NCBI GenBank assembly: GCA_964188305.1
Contig: OZ076888.1
DNA from: Podarcis bocagei
Lineage: Eukaryota
Length of the DNA stretch: 64,000 nt
Direction: 5' to 3' (one strand)
Positions 12,510 through 25,888 of this stretch are shown one piece after another (position 1 is the first letter of the stretch; each line of letters opens with the position of its first letter). A program made the translations under genes and the position numbers. The notes below the pieces were generated by a model that was not told where the DNA came from, did not search any database, and saw nothing but the letters and a program-made list of their open reading frames with translations.

Positions 12510-12520
12510 ATAATAATAAT
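11921..12520 (+). mobile_element. L2 LINE 3' fragment with (CTA)n/(AAT)n tail
   Basis: QNSVVRLLTG..LHWLPISFWAQFKVLVLTHKALN L2 ORF2 C-terminal motif. Confidence 0.8.
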
Positions 12521-13202
12521 CAGAAGCATTATGGCCTCCAACTGTGGAGTGTTTGGCTAGTAATAAGCTTGATAGCTATCTCCTCCATGGATTTGTCCAA
12601 TCCTTTTAAAAAGCCATCTAGATGGGGAGCCATCACTGTTTTGCATGGGAGCAAGATCACACTTGTACAATAAGAATTATTAGCAAAACTCTGAGATTTT
12701 TGGAAAGCAAAAAATAACAATGAACCAAAAAAAGAGATAACACTTGCAACAACTTTCTAAATATCTGGCTAGGCTTGTCTAAACAAAAATCTTTTCGGCA
12801 TTTTGATAAGGTAAGCATCCGAGGGGGTAATCTGTTTCGCTGTGTTGAATGCTCGGCTCCGAAGCAAACATAAAAATTACAGAACATTTGGTGAATGTTT
12901 GCGATATAATTGTGGTGGGATTGAGCAAATATGATTTCATTTTGAAATATAATTTTCATTTTGAAATGCTCCTCCAGAGCATTCTTTTTCTTGCTGCTCT
13001 AATTTAAATGTAATTGGACACATGGCCACCAGAGGGCAGATGCAAGCTTAATATCTTATGCTTATTATAGCCTATTGTTGTCTACTTCTGGTTTAATACC
13101 CAGTTTCTCATGTTTTCTATAAGTTGTGTAGCAGTATTCTTGTAACAGTGCGTTCTAGAATATGTCTGCTTATTGTGTTGAGTGATTCCTTTACATAGTA
13201 TA

Positions 13203-13593
13203 TATAATTTTTATTAAATTTTCTAATTTACATTTCGAAATATTCAGTTGAACAACGTTAAATCAATGACTTCCCTCCTTATCTTTCCGTGGTTCATCCC
13301 TGCATATTTTACATGCGCTAAACCATTCAGTAACCCATTGTTACATCCATCAAAACTTATTTACACTGTGGAATTTATCTTAATGCTACCAGCATTTTGA
13401 AATGAACAGTTTTCACCTATGTATTCAGTAAACATTTTCCAGTCTTCTTTAAATGTGCATTCTTCTTGTTCTCTTATTCTATATGTTAAATATTCAAGCT
13501 GAGCATATTGCATCAGTTTAAGTTGCCATTCTTTGGTTGGGACCTCGCTCGTTTTCCATTTTTGGGCTAACAAAAACATGGGCCGCAGTAGTG

Positions 13594-13631
<38 letters not shown>

Positions 13632-14020
13632 GAGAGTTTCCCTCTGAATTATCCGCAACAAAAAGGACTTTTTTTTTTGAAAAGGTACTTTTAAACTTAC
13701 TTTTCAATTCATTATATATCATTTCCCAATACTCTTTTACCCTTTTACAAGTCCACCACATATGATAAAACGTACCCTCAACCTCATTACATTTCCAACG
13801 CTTATCTGATTTGGACTTAAACATTTTAGCGAGTCTACTTGGAATTAAGTACCATCTATAAATCATTTCAGGTAGTTTTTCTGCAAAGAATAACATGCAG
13901 TGAACTTCAAATCGCTCTTTCAAAGTTTTCCCCAGAGATTCAAATCTATATTATGTCCTATATCTATTGCCCCTTGTATTATAGAAACTTTAACAAGCTC
14001 ATCTTTTGTTTCCCAATCTA
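13203..14020 (-). mobile_element. L1-clade LINE 3' fragment with degenerate CCHC zinc knuckle and internal (CA)n
   Basis: YRWYLIPSRLAKMF..KRWKCNEVEGTFYHMWWTCKRVKEYWEMIY..LAQKWKTSEVPTKEWQLKLMQYA; frameshifted. Confidence 0.85.
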
Positions 14021-14961
14021 ACAGCAGATTGTACATTTTTGTGATTCCTAGGCTTGGAGAGATGGCAGATGTGAGATCTATATGTTGGCCTTTATTCTAT
14101 ATCTCATCTTTTGGTTGGTCTTGTATCATGTGATACAAATGTCTGATGCAGCAGCACTACACATACCTTGCGACAGTGTGTTTCCTGACACCTCTGCGGT
14201 TGCTCCCTAAAGTCATCCGTCCCCACAGACACCTCAGAGATCTTGGTTAGCAGTCATGCAAACACCACACCTTTCAAGGCAACCTTCCTGTCACCGGGAG
14301 GAAAAAGCTGCAGCAGCCACAACAGCCACTGGCAATTTTGAAGACCCTCACCAGTCATGACGTCACTTGCATGCATCATTACACCAAGCAACAGGCAATG
14401 ACATCACAAACGGAGAGCTTACCTCACTTAGCCCACTCCTCCAAGGGGACAACGGTACCCTTCCTTTGTTGGCCCCTCTTAGCTCTGTCCCCGTTGCTGA
14501 GTGGTGAGGAAGGTGACTTCTGGAACTGGGGTTCAAAAATCAAACCTAAACATTGTCCCTTGGGAGGATGGTTCAAGCCTACCATTTGCTCTTGCCAAAT
14601 CGACACAATGCAATGTCTCTAGACACTGAGGCCACCAGGAACAGCAGACAGATCCAATTTTTATTTCAGTGGTGTCTTTGAGGGCAGTGGAGCATGGCTG
14701 CCATTCATATCTATGGGGGAAACCGAGGGCTGCTCTTGAGAACAATGGGGCAAAACACCTGTAATGAACCAGCCCCATATTCTGTGATGAACTGATTTCT
14801 GCGATGAACCTGCCCCTGACCATTTTTGCTGATCTGGTATTGATTCCCCCCCCCCTTTTTAATCCCACCCCCTGTTCTGATATGGTTTCAAATACAGTAG
14901 CTGGGTTTTCTTGATTATGTGCTATTATGTTTATATGTTTTATCTTTATATGTTTTATATG

Positions 14962-15369
14962 GTCATGCTGGCCATATGACCTGGAAAGCTGTCTGTGGAC
15001 AAACGCCAGCTCCCTCAGCCTGAAAGCGAGATGAGCCCACACCCCATAGTCGCCTTTGACTGGACTTAACTGTCCAGAAGAGAAGAAGAAGAAGAAGAAG
15101 AAGAGGAGGAGGAGGAGGAGGAGGAGGAGTTTGGATTTGATATCCCGCTTTATTACTACCCTAAGGAGTCTCAAAGTGGCTAACAATCTCCTTTCCCTTC
15201 CTCCCCCACAACAAACACTCTGTGAGGTGAGTGAGGCTGAGAGACTTCAGAGAAGTGTGACTGGCCCAAGGTCACCCAGCAGCTGCATGTGGAGGAGCAG
15301 GGAATTGAACTCGGTTCACCAGATTATGAGTCTACCACTCTTAACCACTACACCACACCTTTACCTTTA
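14962..15369. mobile_element. Sauria SINE 3' fragment (+) interrupted by a Squam3-like SINE (-, about 15079-15357)
   Basis: Sauria body runs to ..GGACTTAACTGTCCAG, then (GAA/GGA)n tail and reverse-complement tRNA SINE, then resumes with CCTTTACCTTTAC. Confidence 0.8.
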
Positions 15370-16969
15370 CGTTTTATATGTAAACCACTTTGATGAGACG
15401 TCCCAGAAGTGAAAAGTGATATAGAAACTCTCCAAATCGTTAATAAAAAAAGACAAGCTTCACTTTTCCATAGGACAGCCACAGTGTCAAAACCAACATT
15501 TTGTGGCGAGAAGTACTGCAGATCTAAAGGGAGAGAAAAAGCAGGCTCCCTATAACAGCTTCGTCAACACAGGGACTTCCCACTCAAAGGAAATACTGTC
15601 ATGGTTAGGATGACTGTATGGGGGTTTATACATAGCACTGATCCAGTCTGAGTAAATAGGATTCCAACTGAGGTTACTTATCCCATTCTCGCCCCTCCTG
15701 CTTGCACCCTTTCCATCATCACCCATTTTGACCTTTGTTGACATTGCAATGTTTTAGTAATGACACGGGGCACAGCATGACAGCAGCATCACAATGTCAG
15801 ATTATGGCATGCTAGGGGACTTAGTAGTGACCCTGCCTTGTCCAGCCTGCATAACAGGAGGATAGGCTCATGCTGTAAAAACAGCCAGTAATTAAATACC
15901 TTATTTGGGAGCAACGCTGAGCACACAGCCTGATGGTCTTTGTTATAATTAGCTAATGACACATAGAACCAAATATGCAAAGCAGGTATCTTGGGGGCTC
16001 TCTTTATACGACAGAACTTTTCCAGAATATGTCTGCCGTGTTGACTATGTCCATTTCCTACTGGGGATTCAAAGGCTCTTGTGACTTAAAGGGCTCTACA
16101 GAATCAGGACCAGTGTTCTCTCTCTCTCTCCAAACCAAGTAGGACAAAGATGTTTATAGACCAAATCTGTCACCTAGGTAGCTATAAATACTTTTCTATC
16201 CTAGTCTTCTAAGGTGATGGGTTAAGCAGGTTCAGGCTAATCTCTGTTTTCAGCTAGGCTTCATGGGGATGAGACTAATCATTTTTCCATCAACATAGTG
16301 TTCTCTGAAAACACTAATACCAACTACTGACACTAGATGTCACCAAAAGAATAGATCATTTCCCACTCCAAAAGGTGCTGGCTCTGTGTTGTTGACACAT
16401 TTTCATGCAGGTGAAGGCTAATACCTGTTTTTGACCCATCTTCCTAAGGATTGTTGTTCCATCAGCAGGGTTTCTGCCTTTGCTCCTTGCTTAAGACATA
16501 TCTAGGTTTTTATTGTTTTATTTTTGTTACTGTTCTTATTTATGCTCTGTTACTTAAGCCATATTTATGCTACATTTGGGTTACAATTTGTGAGAGCTTG
16601 CTGAAAACTACAAAACTAGCACTAGATGTTGCCAAAGGAATACAGATTCCTCATTTCAAAATGTTTCAGCCCTGTGTCGATGTTTTTTAAGTGCCATATC
16701 ACTTTTGGTGATCTCCATCGAACCAAGTAAAGAGTAGCATCTAAGCATTTAGTTTGTGGTTTTCATTGCAGAGCAAAAAGCTGATGGGTCCCCCTCTCCC
16801 CTGTTAACACCAGCGAACAATTATATATAGGATTAGGCTGATGGGAGTACCTTGGTCTTTGCCCAACAACTTAGGCACCAAATTTTAAGAGATATTTCAT
16901 TTGTAATAGTGGGCCCCATGCAGTTGGCTTGTGAGAACATTTCAGCAACAATGCAGCCATGGCTGTCTT

Positions 16970-17343
16970 TGTTGGGATACTGCCAGGGAGACGGAGGCAT
17001 CAGTCAGGCCTCCAGTTGTCTCCGGACGATCACCGGTCTCCCGTGGAACAGCATCAGTCAGTTAGCGACACGAGCCTCAGAGACATTCCAAGACCTGTGC
17101 ACACCCTTTCAGCAGTCTCCACAATGAAAGATGCAGACAGGAGAGCATATTTACAGCTTTATTCAACGTAATTCAGAACAAAGGAAAGCATGACTGCTTG
17201 CCTCCGTGTCCAGGAAATAAGTCAGAAACAAAAGCTATATACAAAATGGAAGTTCCCAGCAGACAGTGCTGGGAGTAAACAGGCATGTGATACACAACAA
17301 TCATGCCTGACCCTTTAAGGTGGAACAGAACTATATCCTAACA
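16970..17343 (-). mobile_element. Solo LTR (Copia/Gypsy-like)
   Basis: TGTTGGGATA...TATCCTAACA inverted termini, exact 5-bp TSD GTCTT (16965-16969, 17344-17348), TATATA followed by AATAAA on minus strand. Confidence 0.8.
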
Positions 17344-17427
17344 GTCTTGTACAGGAATTACTGTTTGTGTGAACCACCAACATGGGTGTCGTGTATGTTT
17401 CAGTGGTGGAGATGCTTGTTTGTACAG

Positions 17428-17806
17428 ATGGGTGGTGCTGTGGTTTAAACCACTGAGCCTCTGGGCTTGCTGATCAGAAGGTCGGCAGTTCAGATCCCTG
17501 AGACAGGGTGAGCTCCTATTGCTCTGTCCCAGCTCCTGCCAACCTAGTTTTTCGAAAGCACGCCAGTGCAAGTAGACAAATAGGTACCGCTCCGGTGGGA
17601 AGGTAAATGGCGTTTCCGTGCGCTCTGGTTTCTGTCACAGTGTCCCGTTGCACCAGAAGCTGTTTAGTCATGCTGGCCACATGACCTGGAAAGCTGTCTG
17701 TGGACAAACGCCGGCTCCCTCGGCCTGAAAGCAAGATGAGTGCCGCAACCCCATAGTTGCCTTTGACTGGACTTAACCATCCAGGGTTCCTTTACCTTTA
17801 CCCTTT
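17428..17806 (+). mobile_element. Sauria SINE
   Basis: Full head, core and ACCTTT tail. Confidence 0.9.
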
Positions 17807-18863
17807 TACAGACGGTGGATCCATGCAAACACGACTAAGCCAGCATCAGCCCTCCATTATGACATGTGGGCATAATGTCATAGGTGAACTGTTGCTTTGC
17901 GCCACCTTTTATCCGTCTCACAGGCCCCTTTAGATGAAAATTGTGAGACTACCCCCGGTGTCACTGAACTCTCCCACTCCATTTGATGTTCACCAGTTTC
18001 TTGTGTAGAAGATCTAGTGACTTTAGAGGTTTATTTTCTCTTGTGTCATTTACACCTGGGGTGTGTTATTTTCTTTTGAGTCTTTTAGGTAATTCTGGGT
18101 CATTTAGCTTGTTTTCTGCTGTGTTGTTTACACCTGGGGTGTGTTGCATTTCCAGAGATGGTATAGCAGAGCCAGTGAAGCAATGTGGCTATGAGCTAGA
18201 AAGCCCCTTGTTTAAACCTCACCTTAGCCTTATACCCCTCCCCCCAAGAAGCCTATATATGTTCTTCCCTGGTCTCTTATCACAGGCATGTGAACATCCC
18301 CCCTCCACCAGGCATTTGGGAATTAGATTGAGATTCCATTTTTATTTTCTTTTATGACCTTCCAATTTTTTTTTGGGGGGGAGGAGGGTAATTAATTACA
18401 TTTTCAGTGCTATTTTTCTAGCAATGGCGCCCACCTGAGAGGTGCTGGAACTGAGTTTTGTTGAGTTTCGGCTGAAAATCAGGCCTGTTTATTCTTATAT
18501 TGGGAACTTGTGTCATGTTGAAAGCTGGTCTCTAAACAGTTTAGAGTTAACCTATCACTTAACCATGGGCTTCCTGGCTGAATGTCCACTGTAGTTTCCT
18601 TTGCCGTATTCTATATTCTCACGTCATCCATTGAATTAAATATAACTGTTACTTAGGGACAGATTTATAGCTACCTAACAGAGCAGTTACTTCTTGATAC
18701 AGTGATGTTTGGAAAAACATGTGCAAAAATCCATAGGATCCCACCAGGTCTTCAGAAGCAGCTATCCCTGCGTCAAAGAAGATTACTCCTAATAGGATTT
18801 GCTACTTGGAGGCTGTTGTTCTGTCTGTTGCAAAACCTGCACAGTGTTTACTTCAGGAAGAAT

Positions 18864-18976
18864 ATGGATCTCATCTGTCATGCATGTCTTCTTCTGCTGC
18901 TTTTCTCTTATGGGACAACCCCAACAATTTCATCTTGTGTCACAGGATGCACCTGTTCCAACGATAACTTTGGAAG
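18864..18976 (+). CDS. LRIT2: LRIT2 exon 1 (signal peptide plus LRRNT)
   Basis: MDLICHACLLLLLFSYGTTPTISSCVTGCTCSNDNFG(R); donor AG|gtaaga, phase 2. Confidence 0.9.
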
Positions 18977-19253
18977 GTAAGAAACATTGGTAGGACTATA
19001 GAGAAACTTGGGAACAAGTTTGGGCTGAATTGTGCCCAATATTGCTAGTATTTTTTAAGAATTCTGTTTAATTTCAAGTTCATTTTTAGGACATGATTAG
19101 TTTTCTGAAATAGTAAGTCTTCGGATATGATGCTAATAGCGATGTTAATGTACTTTTGTTTGGGTGTTAAAACAAGAAAGATGAAAATGAAGCAAGTGCA
19201 TTCTTAACAGTGTCATAAAAACAGAAACCTTCACTTTGCTGTCATTCCATGTA

Positions 19254-19495
19254 CAGTGGTACCTCGGGTTAAGTACTTAATTCGTTCCGGAGGTCTGTTC
19301 TTAACCTGAAACTGTTCTTAAACTGAAGCACCACTTTAGCTAATGGGGCCTCCTGCTGCTGCTGTGCCGCCGGAGCACGATTTCTGTTCTCATCCTGAAG
19401 CAAAGTTCTTAACCTGAAGCACTATTTCTGGGTTAGCGAAATCTGTAACCTGAAGCGTATGTAACCTGAAGCGGATGTAACCTGAGGTACCACTG
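19254..19495. mobile_element. Tc1/mariner MITE (CAGTGGTACCTCGGG TIR)
   Basis: TA-flanked TIRs, internal AACCTGAAGC repeats. Confidence 0.85.
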
Positions 19496-19549
19496 TAATG
19501 GATTAAAACCAACTAAGCAACATGTTAACTTTGCTGTTTTGCTTTCTAG

Positions 19550-20331
19550 GAGTTTGCTTTGCATGTCAACATCATTGAGAAAGATCCCTGGGGGCATCCC
19601 TGATGATATGAAAAAAATTAGAATAGAAAATTCTCACCTAACAGAATTGCCTCGTGGGTCATTCTCTAATGTCAGTGCCTTGGAATATCTTTGGCTTAAT
19701 TTCAATAACATCACGGTCATGCATCTGAAAAGCCTCGAGTACCTGACGGATTTGACTGAGCTGAGATTGCAGGGGAACAAGCTGACTTCAGTACCATGGA
19801 CAGCGTTCCAAGACACGCCGGCTTTGAAAATACTGGATCTAAAGCACAACAGGCTCGATGTCCTTCCAGAACATGCCCTCCGCTACCTGCCTAGCCTGAC
19901 CTATTTAGACATCTCTTCCAATCAGCTTACTGTCATCTCCAAGGATGTTTTCAATAACTGGCCTGTGTACCAAAAAACCCAGCAGCTGGAGAAGAAGCTA
20001 GATGCTATTTCCAACGCGGTCTTGGCTTTGCATGACAACCCCTGGATATGTGACTGTCGCCTGCGAGGGTTTGTCCAGTTTATCAAATCTATTAGCCCAC
20101 CCATCATTCTGATGAATTCTTACTTAACTTGCTCAAGCCCCAAATTCAGAGCAGGAAAGTACTTTCATGAAGTGGAGCTGAATAACTGCATGAAGCCGTT
20201 GGTATCACCCTCTGAGCCAAATCCCACTGTATATGTTGGGCTGAATGTGACCTTGACCTGTCTGGTGCAGGCCAGCCCTTCCCCAGCAATCTGGTGGACC
20301 TATATGTTAAAGCACCTACGAGGATTTAATG
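19550..20331 (+). CDS. LRIT2: LRIT2 exon 2 (LRRs, LRRCT, start of Ig)
   Basis: ttctag|G AGT TTG; [46 protein letters not shown]; donor G|gtaag. Confidence 0.96.
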
Positions 20332-20844
20332 GTAAGCATTACTCCAAGGAAAGTTATATTCATTTGCCTCTGAACTTCTAGTCAGGGGCTGACCGCAAAC
20401 CAGTTAAGCTGAGTTAGCCCACTGGATTCAATGAGACTAAACTGCCTTATTCACTTTTTTGTGAATAGGCTGCCACTTACCAAATAGAAAAGGTGGGTGA
20501 AACGTGGACAAACATTGTGTGATATTATATGAGTATAGCCAGTCAGATTCTTGTTAAAAAATCATGTTGATTTAGGAGGGCTGAAGTATTAGATACCTTC
20601 ACCACCAGTCCCTTCTCTGCCTATTATGTCTATATTCCACCTTTCCTATAAGAAGCTCAGGGTAGCATGCATTGTGCCCTCCCTCCATTTTGTTCTTACA
20701 ACATTTCTGTGTCCCTTCCCTCCATTTTGTTCTTATAACATTTCTGTGAAATTGACTGGCAAAGGGATAGCAACTGGACAAGATCACTGAATGAGGTTCA
20801 TGGTTGAGTGTGGCTTTGAACCTGGGTCTTCTCAGTCCTGTTTG

Positions 20845-20847
<3 letters not shown>

Positions 20848-20886
<39 letters not shown>

Positions 20887-21211
20887 TTATTTGTACCCCG
20901 CCCATCTGGGTGGGTTTCCCCAGCCATTCTGGGCGGCTTCCACAAATACCAAAAGTACACTAATATGTCATACATTAAAAACTTCCCTGAACAGGGCTGC
21001 CTTAAGATGTCTTCTGAATGTCAGGTAGTTGTTTATCTCTTTGACATCTGATGGGAGGGCGTTCCACAGGGCGGGCGCCACTACCAAGAAGACCCTCTGC
21101 CTGGTTCCCTGTAGCTTTGCTTCTTGCAATGAGGGAACCGCCAGAAGGCCCTTGGCGCTGGACCTCAGCGTCCGGGCAGAACGATGGGGGTGGAGACACT
21201 CCTTCAGGTAC
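20848..21211 (-). mobile_element. L2 LINE 3' fragment with (AAT)n
   Basis: YLKECLHPHRSARTLRSS..APALWNALPSDVKEINNYLTFRRHLKAALFREVFNV. Confidence 0.85.
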
Positions 21212-23365
21212 AACCAACAACCAACAATGGCTCCCCTCTATATGAGCAGGAGACTGATGAAACAAGCATAGTTTTGGTTTAGATGTACAAAAATCTCTCT
21301 CTGTGTCATCAAGAGAAATATGATTGTCATGATTTCAGATTGAGTATTATCATTTGATTTAGGTTTTGTATGCCCTGTCTTCAGTTGGCTATATTATTGA
21401 ATTTTTTTATTGTTGTTTACTTGTTTCTCTGGTTCCATAATATTTTTTTGGGGGGGGAGGGGTGTGTGGAATTAAAACAAAAACAAACATACTATGCCTG
21501 GATGGATATGCTGAGCTTCCCGGATGCTCACATTTATTATGACTTGCTTAAAAATACCATCCTTTGGGTATGAAACCCGTACCACGGTGACTTAGGGAAG
21601 GAGCATAACCCAGTGGCTGATCACATTCTTTGAATGTAGAAAGTCCCAGATTTAATCCTTGGAAACTCTAAGCTAAAAGGATCAGGTACCCAGTGATTCC
21701 TGCCTGAGATCTTACTAGTACTAGTAAGACTATAATGGGGTAGATGGGTGAATAGTCAGACTGGATATAAAATAGCACTCTATGTTCCTTAGAGTACATC
21801 AAATGATTTTAATTGGACTGCTCCAGTGTCAATGAATTGCTGAAAATAGCTGAATATATCCATCATATGCCATGTGCTCTCTCACATTTTCTTTGAAACA
21901 TCTTAATGAGATTGCCAAGTCTACTCATATTTCCCTTCTTCCAGACCCCTCCTCACATCCTCAGGGTTGACCCATCACTGGAGTGCCATTTTGTAACAAT
22001 GACTTCTCTATATCTAGTATGACTTGCTTCATTAGTAATACTTCGTTTATTAATTACTTTATACATTGGCCATGGTATAGCATCCAATTGAAACAAATTG
22101 AATTGTGGGCTTTGAGGATAATCCAGCACAAATTAGCCACAACTGCATTCAGCTAAAATCAAGGGAAGCTGAATTATTTTCTTTCCCTTCCTTCCCTCTT
22201 TATCTCTTTCTCTCCCCCACCCTTTGATTTCTTAACTGTGCTTTCCTCTAATGTCCTGGGATGACTTACACAAGCTAAAAAACAATCATGAAATAGTAAA
22301 TATAACCCACAAACCATAAAACAACAGTAGCAATGAATGAGATACAACTAATGATACAATTTACAGGGAGGACGACGACGACGACAAAATACGTCAGTTA
22401 CAAAAGGAGAGGTGAAAGATGTGCCCTTATGGGAGGGAAATTCCACAGTTTTGAGGACACTTCAGAGAAGGCCCTGTCATGAGTCACCACCCTCACACCA
22501 CAGAGGGTTTCATTAGTCACAATGAAGCCCCTTTCCATTGTTTTTGATAAGAAATAGTTGTCAGCAAATTTTTGCAGGACTGTGACTCTTTAAAGCATAT
22601 TTGATCCTGGAGCTTTTCAGACATCCATTTACTGCTTATGAATATCTGAATGGTGTATAAAATGAAGGCAAGAGTTAACAATATCAACCAAGCAATTCTA
22701 TACACTTATACCTGGAAGCAAGCTCCGTTGACTTCAAGGAGACGTAGTCTTGCATACAACCAAAGGCTGCAACCCAAAGTTCCAGATGGAGGCAGTAGGC
22801 CTGAATGGAGCTGCATTTGAATCCCTGCAGCTCGTGCCAACCATGGCTGAAGTTGGCAGAGTAGATCAGTAAGACGGGTGATTCTTGCTGCCCCACTTCC
22901 AGGCTGCCACAGAAGAGAATCCTGGGTTGCCCCATTGCCAGTAGCTGCTCTGGCTTAGGATACAGCAGAGGCTTGGTGGGCATCCTCCCTTCCCACAAAG
23001 TGACCCCATTTGGGGAGTTTATGCTGGCTACCACAGGCGAGCATATAACCAACCAATTGGTAGCATGTGTTGCCAGCAGAAACAGTAGGGACCTCCCTAG
23101 CAGCAGGGACCCCCTAATAGCAAAGCCTTGTAGAGCTGAGTGGAACCAAGTGGAAGGAATCCTTTGACACATCCTGACCCCCTCCAAGCCATAAACTGGG
23201 GGTGAGGATTGCTATAGCCACATTTGCAGTCTTACTGTATTGGCTAAATTGCATGCAGCTTTCATAAACTGATTCCTACAGGGCTGGAATTTTCCTAGGC
23301 TGGACTCAGCCTTGAAGTAAATTATTCTAGACAGTTGAAATGAAATTGCTTCAGCTAGTTTCTGA

Positions 23366-23414
<49 letters not shown>

Positions 23415-24898
23415 TTCCCATAGGTCTTAATTGCTTCTTTTGCAGTTCACCTGAATGGTTGTAGCTAGAAACAGTGACCTTGATTTGATTCATAGACCTT
23501 ATGGAGAGGAAAGGAAAGTCTCAAGAGCACGGTAAAAGAGTTCCATATTATTCTGGCATTTGGGGGTCAGTTGCCAACCAGTATGGATGACTGCTGCGCT
23601 GTTGACTTAAAAATCCTGAATGACACTAGACACTTCATCATTTTTGAAGTTAGGGTTTCCCACTGCGTAGCTACCTTCAGTCAAGACCTGCCATGTCACA
23701 CCTGAGAGTTCTACGATCACTGGATAAATCCATGTTCTTCATAACAAGTGCTCTTGGGTCTCCATGGTGTATGATGATAATGTGAACTAAATAAGTGTAG
23801 GGGTATCTGAGGCCTTCTTCATCCTGTGCCCTTCGATGGCACCTTCTCCGACATCGTCTCATCTCTCGGTAACGAATATGATGAGGTCTAGTGGTGATTG
23901 TAGTGAGGGTCCCATCTTGCTCAGGAGGTCCTCAGAGAATAACAGGATCAGAATTCCAGAGTCCACAATCAGGGAAGACTGTTTTAAGGCTAACCAAAAT
24001 AAGGAGCAAGTTTCTGGGTTTCCCAGAACTCTTCATCGAAAGCTTGCACACCCTTCTGACATTTTTCATGGCATTGCCCTAATATGGAATTTGCTGCTTT
24101 TCTTATGGGCCAACACAGCTGCCTTTCAACATGGGAAGGTTTAGAATTGTCGTTAATATTTTGTCTAGTATGATACCTTTCAAAGATGAGTTTGGAGGTT
24201 CTTTTCAGGCAAGAACACCTGAGATCATTGTGAGAGAAGTGACAAGAAGGGCAGTGAAATTTCTGGGGAAGACTTTCCAAAAAAGCAAACCTTCTGGGAG
24301 ATTAGTTTGGTCATATTTGCATACTTCCTTTTCCTCCAAAGTAGCATGTGTGGGACTTCCCTGTTTTATCCTTCACATAGTGTGAGGATAAAGTTTCCCA
24401 CTTGATCCCCACAACAGAAGTCTTTTAGGCTGGGGGTTTTATTTAAAAATAAATAAAAAGAAAACATTTTATTGAGTGTTGTTGGAAGCAGTAACGTGCA
24501 AGCCCAACCGTGGGACACAGGTGAGGTAGCATGGAACAGAGAATCTGAAGGATCCATCAACCATGGGAGAAGGGATAAGGGAAGAATAACTACTTCCACC
24601 CACGGGGTTGTATCCACACTCCTGTTACCTGAGCAGAATAGGATCGGCTCATGCAATGGGACTTCCCCTGCCTCGCCTTCCTCTTACAGCCCTCCACACA
24701 CCCTGAAAATATTCTGCAGAATATTGAAGGGCTATGTGGGGGAAGGAGTGAAAGGGAAATTCCATGAGCAGGTCTACTTGCACAGTGTGGGATTTCACCC
24801 ATTATCTGCATTTACAGCAAAACAATGGATTTTATGCTGCTAAATTCTACTGAGTAAAATTAATGGACCTACATCAGTTATGTTCACTAATTCTAAGG

Positions 24899-25102
24899 CA
24901 GAGCTTTCCAAACTGTGTGTTGCAACACATTTGTCTGTTGGCTGCAGTGAGTGGGTGTCACACAAACGCTCCCTGCACCCCTCTAGGGCCTGGAATGGGG
25001 TTAGTTTAACCACCATTTTGCTAGTAAAACTGAATGACTGCGTTGCGAAATGATGCGTGTCTAAAAAGTGTGTACCCAACATGAAAAGTTTGAAAAGTTC
25101 TG
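24899..25102. mobile_element. hAT-like MITE
   Basis: TIRs CAGAGCTTTCCAAACT / AGTTTGAAAAGTTCTG; degenerate 8-bp TSD TTCTAAGG/CTCTAATG. Confidence 0.65.
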
Positions 25103-25380
25103 CTCTAATGGGTTACTCTGAGTATGACTTGCATTAAATACAACACTTTTATTACGATGACAGCAACCAGCATCATCATAAGTTATAGGATATGTTGAAC
25201 CCTAGAGAGATTAAAAAGGAAATGGCTGGCATAAGCAGAGATATAGTAAGTCCTAATCCAATATCGCTGAGGGAACTTCATGAATGAGCATGGACCTGAG
25301 CCCAGGTCTCCCCAGTCCAGATTCAGTACTTTAAGTATATCACACCTGCTCTCCTAATTTGGTAAACCATTTAAGGAATG

Positions 25381-25745
25381 TCAAGCCCTTAATGGCCTCG
25401 GCCCAGTATACTTGAAGGAGCGTCTCCACCCCCATCGTTCTGCCTGGACACTGACGTCCAGCTCTGAAGGCCTTCTGGTGGTTCCCTCACTGTGAGAAGT
25501 GAGGTTACAGGGAACCAGGCAGAGGGCCTTCTTAGTGGTGGTGCCCACCCTGTGGAACGCCCTCCCATTCAGATGTCAAGGAAATAAACAACTATCTGAT
25601 TTTTAGAAGACACCTGAAGGCAACCCTGTTTAGGGATGTTTTTAATGTTTGATGTTTTAACGTGTTTTTAATATTCTGTTGGGAGCCGACCAGAGTGGCT
25701 GGGGAAACCCAGCCAGATGGGCAGGGTATAAATAAATAAATAAAT
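25381..25745 (+). mobile_element. L2 LINE 3' fragment
   Basis: Same L2 3' sequence, (AAAT)n tail. Confidence 0.85.
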
Positions 25746-25888
25746 AAGAATAACTGAAACCATTGCAATTTTCAAGGAATTTCTGCACATATCTATGTTG
25801 TTCTGAGGCTTGGATCATGCTGTTAAAACATCAGGGGAATGCCGGTACAACTAACTTGTGTGTCCTTATTCTCCTTCCCCCTCCCTAG

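Noticed and set aside
14358-14365. Perfect CRE palindrome TGACGTCA
   Set aside because: A single 8-mer is expected by chance in 64 kb; no supporting context
14533-15412. 217-aa and 118-aa ORFs
   Set aside because: Run through SINEs and (GAA/GGA)n microsatellites
18705-18863. In-frame upstream ATG extending LRIT2 by 53 aa
   Set aside because: The signal peptide begins at ATG 18864; the extension probably lies in promoter or 5' UTR and has no support
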